DNA of 64,000 nt from Podarcis gaigeae. Taxonomy: Eukaryota. The first letter of the stretch is position 1. The number at the start of each line of letters is the position of its first letter. The notes beneath the pieces were generated by a model, which was not told where the DNA came from, searched no databases, and was given only the letters and a program-made list of their open reading frames with translations. The DNA is taken from assembly GCA_964106915.2 (NCBI GenBank), contig OZ066914.1, one strand, 5' to 3'. The position numbers were made by a program, and so were the translations under genes. Shown piece after piece: positions 22,901 to 34,475 of the stretch.

Positions 22901-25900
22901 AATGGGCAGGTTTTTCAAAAGTAACACTTATCCCAATTCCGCAAGGGTGATCTCGATGTGACCCAAGCTGCTGCCCATACAACATGCAAAAAAAGTATGT
23001 CCCACAGAAGAGAAACGTATGCAGTCAAAGAAGCATTCACTCTTCACAGACAGTCTAAGTCATTTGACCATTTGTGTTGCCTAAAAGGCTCATTTTCTGG
23101 CTAACACCTCAAAAGGAAATGATCTAACTTAATTATCTATCAACAAATATGTTGATTCCCTAAGATTTAAGAAGTGTCTAATACACAGTTTAGGAAGTTT
23201 GCTTAACTTAGCTTTTCACACACGCTAATTTCAGAGGATTAAAAACGTCTGAAACACAGCTCAAATAGCACACAAGGGTCTAGCTATCACCTTGCACAGG
23301 ACACAAGCTTAATTAGCTATATGTTTTCTAGCACCTACAAACCCATTACAAAAATTGACCTGGGATCTGACACTTTCTGTGATATAATCAATGCTTCAGA
23401 AATTTCTGGAGCCCAGGCCTATCATTTCTCTTTAAAGATAGCTTTGCGGGAATTCTTATGAAAGGCCAGTTCTGACCTTACCCAAACAGCCTGGGAGGGA
23501 TGCTGCAGCACTGCTCATTACCATGCCAACGTTGTCCTCCTCCTGGGAGTCACAGGGCAGAGCCACATCATGCATTTCTCCCCAATGTCTGGGCCTTTTG
23601 ACATTAATCCAGTGCAGAAGAAGGGGGCCATGCTGCAGTGGCCCCCAAGGGAAGTTAGCCTAGCTATGTGCCTCACCTCATTCAAGATATAGGTTGCATT
23701 CTTTGCTCTGAGTAGGTCTGGGGTCTCTTCCACAATGGTTAGGCCTTTACCTTTAACACCTTCTTCCAAATCTCTCCTGTATTCTTTCTAGAGGGGGTGG
23801 GGAGAAAAAGAAAACTGAAGAAACCAAAGAGAGAAAGAGCTTCAAGGGGGAGGAGGATGAAGGAGACCCCCTCCCCTAAAAAGAGTTAGTAAATGGCCTT
23901 CAGATTATCTTAAAGCAACACTTAGTTAGGGTGTTCAAGGTTCAACCTTCTAGAAAGTCACACAGCTTGACACAACAACTTCAGTAAAGAACACAACATA
24001 TAGTGAAACAATGATGTCTGTTCCACCGACAGGAAAACATTAATGCTGCTAATACAATTAACAATTAGTGATTTAAAAAAAAACACACCAATGGACTAGA
24101 ACAAGCAACAAACACAGATTAAACCATGCATTTAAGAGAAATGTTTAAGGCTAGTAAAGAAGGTAGTGAAGGGACTGCTTTGGTAAGGACAATTAATTAA
24201 ACTAGTAGGGTGGTTCACAGCAGAAGACAACAGAGGAGGTGCTACCTCGCTTGCTATTTTGGTGGCATATCTGACATGCAAAAGAGATGGCGTGACCTCC
24301 AGGCCAGTAAGGTTCCTGCCTTTCATGGACTCTTCAAAGTCTTTTTTATATTCTTTCTAACAGGAGTAGGAAGAAAAAGAAGAGGAGAAGGGGGAAAAAC
24401 AGAATTTATTTTGGATCTGTGCAGGAAGAATATTTTCAAGTACTGTACTGTAAGTTTTGGGTCCTGTCTTGCCCTTGTTGTGTCAAGTTTGCTGGTCGGC
24501 CATTCGGTGTTGGGTGGGGTTTAGCAGCGTGGTGTAGTGGTTAGAGTGTTGGACGATGGCCTGGGAGACAAATTCAAAACCCCACTCAGCTATGCAAATC
24601 ACTGGGTGACCTTGGGACAGTCACCATCCCTGGGGCTAAAATGGAGAGGGGAGAAGCATGTGCCCCAACTTGAGCTCCTGGAGGAAAAGGTGGTGTATAA
24701 ATGTAGGGAACAGATAAAATAAAAATACATTGCAAGCGCCCACTTTGTGTCTCTGACAGCAACAAGGCTTTGGATGAACATGTGATTCACAAAAGGTAGG
24801 GCTCCAGTCTTTCAGTGATCACCAATGTGCTCAGTTGGTAAGTTGCCCTTAAAGCCCACAGTAGTGTCATTCCTATGCTTTAGTACTCACTAACTGTTAT
24901 GATCAGTCTATGGAAGGGAAAATCCCAGAACCAAAAGGGTAAAGGTAAAGGTACCCCTGCCCATACGGGCCAGTCTTGCCAGACTCTAGGGTTGTGCGCC
25001 CATCTCACTCAAGAGGCCGGGGGCCAGCGCTGTCCGCAGACACTTCCGGGTCACGTGGCCAGCGTGACAAGCTGCATCTGGCGAGCCAGCGCAGCACACA
25101 GAAACGCCGTTTACCTTCCTGCCAGTAAGCGGTCCCTATTTATCTACTTGCACCCGGGGGGTGCTTTCAAACTGCTAGGTTGGCAGGCGCTGGGACCGAG
25201 CAACGGGAGCGCACCCCGCCGCGGGGATTCGAACCGCCAACCTTTCGATTGGCAAGTCCTAGGCACTGAGGCTTTTACCCACAGCACCACCCGTGTCCCA
25301 CTAATTGTTATGATCAGTCTATGGAAGGGAAAATCCCAGAGCCAAAAGGGTAGGCATCCCATAAACCCCAAGGGCGGGGGGAATGTCTAATTGCATTTTG
25401 AATGGCAATATATTGAAACAATTGACAGAATCACTCAAAGGACCTTATACCAGTATTTTTGCCTTGTATAAGTTTCGCTGTGGGACACAACAATGTGGAC
25501 ACTTCGATCAGGCTATGAAATCAGTGTATGGTTAAACAAAAAGCTAATATCGGGGAAGGGGGTGCTGTAACACTTAAAACAAGCAGGGATTTTCGGTGCT
25601 GAAGCACGACAGTTTCACAACTAATCTTGCTGATATAAAAGGATTGTATATGAACAGGATGGTGCGTGCAATGGAAGGGGTGAATGGCATAGAGATGGGC
25701 ACCAGGGGTCCCAAGACACAGGCAGGCCTTTAACAATAGGTATCTATTGACCACTTATTTCATTAGGATAAATATTAAGACAAACGTTAACTCTGATTTA
25801 GCACTGGCTTGTAAGAAGCAAGGTGGACTTTGCACCCTTTCAATCGCTGTTCAGGCACTGTATTGGGAAATGATGCGCAGAGGCGGCTTTGAGAAAGTGC

Positions 25901-28900
25901 AGTTGGAAAGTGTTTCAAAAGACACATGAGAGAATGCTTGGCAAAGCCTCCAGAGAATAGGAAAGGGTAAAAGAATTGCGTTCTCTGACTGCTTATCTTT
26001 CGTTTCTTTAGAAAAATGTGAAAGGCCTCCTGGGCTCAAACCCAGGGCTCAAACTTCCCTGTATCCAGACCCCATGCACCTGCATAATGGGGGACTGTTC
26101 TTTATCAGATATGGCAGACACCTGCAGCAAGGTGTCAATGGCTGCACATGGCAAAGACAGCAAGGATCTGTAGAGGAGGGAGCAGGCAAGCCTGTGGGCC
26201 TGCCTATGGCGGGGAATCAGGTCTGTACTACTGCTTGTCTCTGCAGTGCTGTGTTACTTCCTGCTTTGGAGACCAGAAGCAAGAACACCATAGAGCACAG
26301 ATGGTTGGTTATGGACCAAACTGTGCAACAGAGTCTTTATCTCAGGTTTTGATCTTGTCCTTTGGCACACTTGCCTAAAAGACTAGTCAACAGACTTTGA
26401 GATGGTTGTGCGGTGAAATATTGGGGGGGGGGGGGAACCCACCCTGTAACAATTGACAGAACCACCCAAATATTATCGACCAAACACCTTATACAAGTGT
26501 ATTTCACCTTGTATAAATTTCACATTTGGGACAGAACACTGACAAAACTGAGTTCAATGGAAGGTCAATGGAAAAACTATAACTGGACACAAACAAGGCT
26601 TGAATGGTGTCAGCGCAAGTTGTTTATTACAAATTATATACTGCTACTTTTAGCAGCCAGTCTAATCTTCTGGTAGCCCGGGGAAAACTGACAAACTGCA
26701 AGTCCTTTTTTGAATCAACACTCCCGTTATCACCTTAATTCCACAAATACAAAGTAAATATAAAGTAAATTAATAGCTTAGAGTCTGTTGCCTCGCTCCT
26801 AAACTTATTTTATTTGGCAACCGTGAATCAGATTGTAATAAAGTGCAGCCTGTGTTGCCCCCCAGAGATTTTTGACTACAACCTCCATCATCCCTGATCC
26901 TTAGTCATCTGGCTGGGGCTGATGGGAGCTGTATGTCCCCCCAAAACAACCCTGGAGGGCACCAGGTTGAACAAGGCTGCTATAGAGGCATGATTATTTC
27001 AATTCTAGTTATACCTTCAGAAAGCTTCTTCCCCACTAACTGCCTGAACCTGAATGGAAATAATACAATACCATGTTGTTATGCCTTCATTTTCCAACAT
27101 GAAACCAGGCTGCATTCTGCCACAAAGCACCTTACCTCGCTTTGCATGTGCTGAGACTCCTTAGCCGTGAGGTACGTTGGTGTTTCAAAGTCCAGCATGG
27201 GCTTCCCTCTTTCCTTTTCATATTTTTCCTTGTACTTCACCTGCCGAGAGGGAGATAAATGTTATATCCAGTGCATTGCTAGATATAGAATAGAAATGTA
27301 CAGGGGTGGCCCTGGAATGTGGAAGGGAATTAGCTCTCTTCCCCAAGCCGCGCTCAAGAAACAATCATGTCAGTGATGAAAACCGCATGTCACGGTGAGT
27401 GACTTGTTGGGTGACCCCCAACACAGTCTGCTGCACCTCACAGAGGAGGGCAGCAGAATGCTGCTACCAGATGTCAAGGGTCAAGGCCAATTTCTATGCT
27501 CCGATGGCAACACGGTTGCCGTCCACTTCTTCACATGTCAGGGCCCCATTTTGCAGCTGTAAAGATAGGAAGACACAACTGTGTGGTTTGCATGTCTAGT
27601 TCACACAGCATTGCCTATGTGGAATTATGGCAATTTGTGAATAAGGGTTCAGAGAACGGTCTGAAAACCAATGTACAAGAGTTTTTCGTTCAGTCGGAAA
27701 ACAGCACAGATAGTTAGAAACAACATTAACAACAGGCAGGTCCCGAAACATTTTCAGACCTGGATTTAAGGCAAATTTTGAATTGGAGGATTATTCCCGG
27801 AATTCCTTGGGAAAAGCAACTTCTTCATTTATACTGTAAATGTACTCCAAGATCAAAAGGAGTTTAATGTTGAAATAACTTTACAGCAATACTTTTTTTA
27901 TAAAAAGTGGTGCATTTCCCCCTTCTTGGCAGACTGACCCTTCTAGATTCTAGAATGCAATGCAATGGGTTGTGAACGACAAATAAAAAGCAGGAAACAC
28001 TTATCCATGACTTACTATGCTCTGAAGTTCTGAGGCCTCCTTTAGATGGATCTGTTCAAGGTTATCTGGAACCACATGGTAGTGACCTTTACTCTTCTCA
28101 TATTTCTTCTTGTACTGGTACTAAAGGGGAAGGTGTCAAAAACCACCTCAATAACAAAAAGGCCTAACCTGATCAGCTTTCTAGCTCCAGCCGATCCAAC
28201 CATTTCAACAGAAAAACAAGAAACCCAAAGCATTTTTTTTAAAAAAGGAAAAGAAGAAGAAGAAAAAGGAATACATAAAGGAGTGGGGGAGGGAGAAAAA
28301 AAAAATCTTAGACTAATGCCGAAGTACTTGTGAAAGCTACTTTTCCCTTGCAATATTATGCAAGAAGGAACAAAATATTGTAAGTAAATAAAAAGAAAAC
28401 CCCCAAAAAAGAAAGAAGGAAGAACAAAAGAAATATAGTGAATATATGGTACAATTAAAATGGAAGACAACGCCACATCTTCTTCTCTTGTTAGCATATT
28501 CATCATTCTGTGGTCTAACAGCAGGATGATAAAAGTTCAGCAAAAGCAGAATTAATTTTGGAAAGGTTTTAAAAACTTAAAAGAAGAAGTATGTTGAAAT
28601 AATATTAAGCACAAAAAATATTGAAATCAAGAGGAGGAAAATGGTATTCCTGTTAGTCAAAAAGGAAAGTTAAAAAGGCAAAAAAAAAAAAACCATTTAC
28701 ATGTGGTTAGAGGTTTTACAATATTAGCAGTTCTATAGCTAATAGAAAATGCTTGAGAGACTAGGGGTATTAATGCTGGTAGTCCGCATGAGGAACACTC
28801 ATTAGGCAAGGGAGAAGAAAGATCACTACCAGGTGATTTCCTAGGAACAGTCAAGGAGGAAAGCTGTTACAGAAATTGTTAGCGGATATTATCTCAGAAA

Positions 28901-31900
28901 GGCAGATGGATGAAATGCTAAAGTGAATATGGTCTGAGATGAGCTTAAGAGGCTTACAGAACTGGCGAGCTGGCTGGTGTTCAAGACATGATGCATCGAC
29001 AGGGATTCAGACATGTCTGTCACTGGTTTGTGAAGTTTCTTCAGGTCCGCCTTATATTTAATCTGATGGGGGAAGTTCAAATAAACGCAATAAAGGAAAA
29101 GGCAAGCAACACTTAGAAATCGGACGCATTAAAAAGGAACAGGACTCAGTCAGACTTTGCATCAAAATGTTGTGGGGGCAGGGCACTGGGCAAGAGATGG
29201 CTAATGAGATCTGAATTACTGCAAATGTTCCTTAAATGATTTGTCGCAAAGTTGCCAGGCATATGTTCCGTTAGGGAAATTCAGGTACATGGCCCAAGAA
29301 GGCTAGGAGATGGCTGAAGATGACAACTCAACATCACTATTTTCTGTGGTTGTGCTTGCTTGTGGAATGTGCTTGTCTGACACCTTCATTACATAACCTT
29401 AGGTGCCAGGCAAAAAAATTCCTCTTCTCCTAGCCCTTTGGCTAATTAAACAATCTGCGGCCTTTTAAACCGTGTGTGTGTGTGTGTGTGTGATGTTGTT
29501 TGATACTAAAGCATGTATTTTTGTATTTTTATATTGTAAACTGCCCTGTGATCCTCAGATGAAGGTTGGTATAGAAATTTAATATATAATAATAATAATA
29601 ATATCCCTCCCTTCGGCCAGTATTATGTTCAGGGGCTCAACTCCCAGTTCTGCCTCATACTCGGTTTCATGGGCAAGCTGCTTCTCCCTTATGACTAGCT
29701 ACACCCCTCAAGGCAGCCATTTTGTGACTAGCCATGGTCTCCCAGCTGCCATTATGTGGTGATACTCATAAGCTTTTCCAAATGGGCCCATGAGCCTGAA
29801 AAGGGTTGGTAACTGTTATGTATTGAAGTTCTCACCCTGGGCCAGCAGGAGAATACTGTAGATAGTTATGCAAATAAGGGATCGAAAGTGACGTTCAGTG
29901 ATTGGATAGTTTTAGAAAATTGTTACAGTTACGTTGTACTGGAGCTCTATATAAGCAGGCTGACTGAACCCTTCAGATCAGTTCTGTTCTGCCCTCTGAA
30001 TAAACAAGAGCTGTTTGAAGAATCGCTGTGTCGTCTGATATGTTCACCCACAACTTAACAGTAACTACTGGACTAAAGGCCCACACATACCTCACTAGCG
30101 ATGTGGTGGGCATCTTTTAAGGTCTTGTAGATCTTGGCCTCCTTCAGGTCGTATTGCGGCTTATTGCCCTTCTCCTTGTCAAACTTCTCTTTGTATTTGA
30201 TCTAATTCCAAGAGGAACAAGTGTTAAAACAAGGTCCTGACTTTTAGCTTGTCTGGTGCCAAGGGAGAAAGAGTGCACATTGTCAAAACTGATCCCGATT
30301 GCAAGCAGACAGGTAGAACAATGCAAGCCATAAGACCTCTTTGAAAAAGAAGATACCATTAACGAAGGCCAGGAAAATTCACGTGATGCAGCAATGAACT
30401 TGGCACACACTGCATTTACAAGATTTCATGTTGCGTCTTTCATTCAGTAGTTGTGTTTCAGCTCCACATTTGAAATATATGACTCATTCATTGGGGGGCG
30501 GGAATCTGAATGTTGTGTGTGTGCAGCATGGCTATCAAGAGACACAAGAGCTAAATTATGACTGCATTGTACATTTTTCTGTGGCCTAAAATGGGTGTTT
30601 CCTGATACAGGGCAATCGAAACATCTGACTTTCTAAATATTTCTTTCCTGCCTTCCCTCCAAGGGATTTTGAGCAGCATTCAAGTCTCAGGGTAGATCTA
30701 CACACAGGGGAAAAACCACTATAAATAAGTCAGAAACTAGATCGTTATAACAAAAAAATTAAAAACCCCTATGAAAAGATTTCCTGCTCTCTGGTGTCAT
30801 CTGGTGTTGCATGTTATTAGTGCATTCAAATCATTGTTTCTTTACTAATAATGAAAGTAGGTTTGACAGAGACTGTAATTTCCCCAAGACTCCTCCCAGT
30901 AAATTTACACCTCAGCATGGTTTTGAACCAAGGTTTGCTACACTGGAGCCCAATGTTCTACAAATACACTGCCTAATCAAAGAGGCAGTTGCATTTGATC
31001 TGATAACTATTGGCTTTAAGAGAAATTGCAAAAAGACTCTGATTTTAAATAAAAAGACATGTTCATGATAGAGTATAAAGGTCCTGCTAGATGCACTATT
31101 CTCTCAGCACTAGAATTCAGCAGACTACTACAATGCACTTTTATTTACAATGACTTTCCTATGTCCTCTGATGGAGAGTCCGGTTCTGCCTGACAACTGA
31201 AGTGAGAAAATGCAGCTTGGTTACTTTCATTCTAATGGAGGAATAAACAGATTCACCATGGTTTCAGTTGAAGAACTTGCCAGGGGATATTACTGCTCAC
31301 TACTACTTTGCACTGTTAGTGTGCAAAGTACACAGAGCAAGGTTCTTAAGACTGAAAAGCTTCATTATCAAGCTACTCCATAAAAGAAGAGGTAAGATAT
31401 TAGTCATTTGCTAGAGAGAGAGAAAAAATAGCAGTTATACAAATCCTGGCATGACCCAGCAAAAATTAAGCACCTGGATTCCAAATGATTTCAACGAGAG
31501 CTTATTTTAGCCCTCTCACGTTGAAATCAATGGTTTGATATGCTTAATTCTACATGGATGGCACCCAATCTTCACCCCACCCCTGGCAAGAGCTGATTGA
31601 CGTAACTGATGAAAGGAATAGGTCATGCTAGGGAGCAATGCACAGGGCTGAAAAGAAGAAAAGTTTAACGTTAGAAAACTGGAAGATGCCGCAGTGCAGA
31701 TTTCAATTCCATTCCACGATTCTGGATGTCTAAAACATGTTGGCATGTTTTTATCCACACAACCCTGTATCCTTCATGCTGGATAGCCTCATCTTTTGGA
31801 CATGGGTTGACAAAAGATGCCAGGGGTCAATATTCAAGTGACAGTCAAGTACGCTGTTTATGTTTACTTTTTAAAAAATGCAGGACACTCTGGGCACTGA

Positions 31901-34441
31901 GGCTCTTGAGAAGGACAAGACTCTTCCTACAATGACACAGACACACACCCAAACACAAATGACGTATTACAGGTAGGTGGGGACCATTATGGGCCACCAC
32001 AATTCAGAGATGCATTTTGTGTCTGATTTCTGAATGAATAGTGGTTCCACAGGGCACAAGCTACTTTCTTAGAATACTCTGTGGGTTTCAAAAGCACTTT
32101 GACATTTGTCGTGAGGACCCACTAGATCAAAATGCAAGTCTCTCGTTAATACTTGCAATTTCCAAAACAAGAGGCAGGGGGACTTGTTTCAATATTAAAA
32201 CAAAAAGCAGCAACAAAACCATAAGACACAGTATACAAGAGTATCAGTAGCAGTGACAACATAGATGACAAAAGACACTGTGTAGATGGTGTTTTGACAG
32301 TTTTCATGGCAAATTCCTGCTGTTTCTCACAAGTAGAAAAAGACGGTTTCTCTGACATGCAGCTGTCCCATGCAACAATCACAAAGAGAAATGGGAAATA
32401 AAAGCATCCCCCTTTATTCCTTATGAAATTTCTGTCCATAACCTGTAGAAAATTGGTGCAAATATGTCATTTACTTTCTAAACCATTTAAGAGTGAGTGA
32501 AGAATCATCTGAAAATGTCTGTCCGCAAATAACAGTAGTTAAGGAGCTATTTGCAAGAGTTCAGGAATTTGTTTGAAGGTAATTCATCAGAAGCCTTTTC
32601 CCTAAATTGGTGGCTTTTAATAGGGGTGTCCACATTGTTATATTCAATGAATGTAGACTTTGAGGACTGTGTACAGAAATAGCTGAGCTGTTCACTCGTA
32701 CAATTTTTTACATGCAGCATTCCACAAGAGCATATTTTGTGTACCTGCAGCAGTTGAGCTATAAGAGCTCGTACCTGTGCTCAGTGCAATGTGTGGACAA
32801 GCTTATTCTGTTTCAAGAAACTCTGGGTTCTTAGTGAGAAGGTCAGAAATGATGAACTAGCTTCCCTGAACAACAGCTTGTCCGCTGCTACTGCTCCTCC
32901 TCTGCAATCCTGGAGAGGATTGGGAATGTTCCAGGATATATTCTCAGTTAATTCAGGGCAACAAAAGTGGTTCCTGAAGTCTGGGCAGCATTCTACATCA
33001 ACTGACTGTGCACATGAACTGGGGAGAAAGCACACTGCAGAGTGCACAGTTGTATTCAAGTGTAGATAGCTGTCACAGTTCAAATACAGTTCAAATGCCA
33101 CATATAAAATACAGAGCATGGGTTGTGCTCTTAACACACTGACATGAAAACTAGTGAATGGTTCAGGAATTGCCACCAATGTCATATAGTGGGAAGGGTA
33201 AATGTTTGACTAAATTCCCCACTTTCATGTATTTTGGACAACTCAAGCTTTTTCTTGAAGCCGAGACATTCTCAGAACAAATTCCCAACTTTGCATAAGG
33301 AAGAAAGGGGAGGTCTCACAAATCCACAAGGTTTTAATGTTCTTTTTTAAAAATAAAAATAAAAATAAAAATAGAAGCAGTGCCTTGAACACTTAGGATT
33401 GTGCCAAGAATATAGAATCTAGCAAGAGACTCATGAAATTGGTAGCAGCATAGGAGAGCCGCTTAAAATCCATCTTACATGGCTACTTAGGACATTAGCT
33501 TTCTTAACGTGTCTCATCATGGGCGTGTCGTATGATGCAGCCCCATGGCCCCTCATGCGTCCTTTGATGTATTCTGCCTACAAAGCGTAGCAAGATGGCA
33601 AGATTAGAATGGCAAACCTCCAAGATGGACAAAGCAAGAAGCTGAGGTAGAAGAGCCAGTGATATTCTTGTCTTTGTGGGGGGCAGGGAGTCTCGTGGGA
33701 AGCAGCATGGGTCAGAAACGCACCAAGTGAAGTCAGTCAGTGTTTGTCAGAGAGGAAAGAGGCATACGCTAGCACAAAAACGCAAAAAGTTAACACGTTG
33801 TTTGAAGTACTTTCCCTGAGGGGAAAGTCCAGTGCTGCTACCCTCACTATAGAAATATATAACAGCACAAACATTAAAATGTCTGCTAAAGAAAATTGAT
33901 AAGGGAATAACTGGAGAGAAGACAATAAAAAGAAACATTTTGCCTCCCAGTACGCAGCAAATGACCAAACATTTATGGCATGTTTTTTAACACAAAAATT
34001 GTTTCAGGTCATTGGTATGGGAGCCTTCCATATGTTGTTGGACTCCAGTTCCTATCACCCCCAGCCAGCATGGGCAATGGTCAGGGAAGATGGGAAGTGT
34101 ATTCCTCAGGTACCCCATGCCTGATTTATATGGAGGAAATGTCAACTACTGAAATCATTGTTATTATGGCTAAAGAAAGGCAATTAGCATCAAAGTTTGG
34201 CATGGTCAGGAATCTGCTAAGGGCCAGCACTCTAGCAGGGCACCCACTGAACCTCTCTTCACCAGGACCAACCTGCTTATTCACTCATCTTTTGCTGTGG
34301 CTCAGACAATACTGGTGATGTAAAGGATGAGATGAACCCTTGGGGGGTTTTGTGGGGGATTGGGGGGTTCCACTGTATTCAAAACAGATATAAATCATTT
34401 TAAATGCAAGGTAAGAGTTTAGTAATATAAACCAAAGAGAG

Positions 34442-34475
<34 letters not shown>

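Noticed and set aside
24899-25390. 163-aa ORF with a repeated [10 protein letters not shown] segment
   Set aside because: Antisense read-through of a Sauria SINE plus its 53-bp target-site duplication
28042-28506. 154-aa hydrophobic minus-strand ORF
   Set aside because: Phe/Leu richness comes from T-rich intron sequence; it overlaps the NEB exon out of frame
31261-31357. Imperfect nested hairpin as a possible pre-miRNA
   Set aside because: Stem is interrupted and asymmetric, with no recognisable mature miRNA; not supportable without folding and expression data
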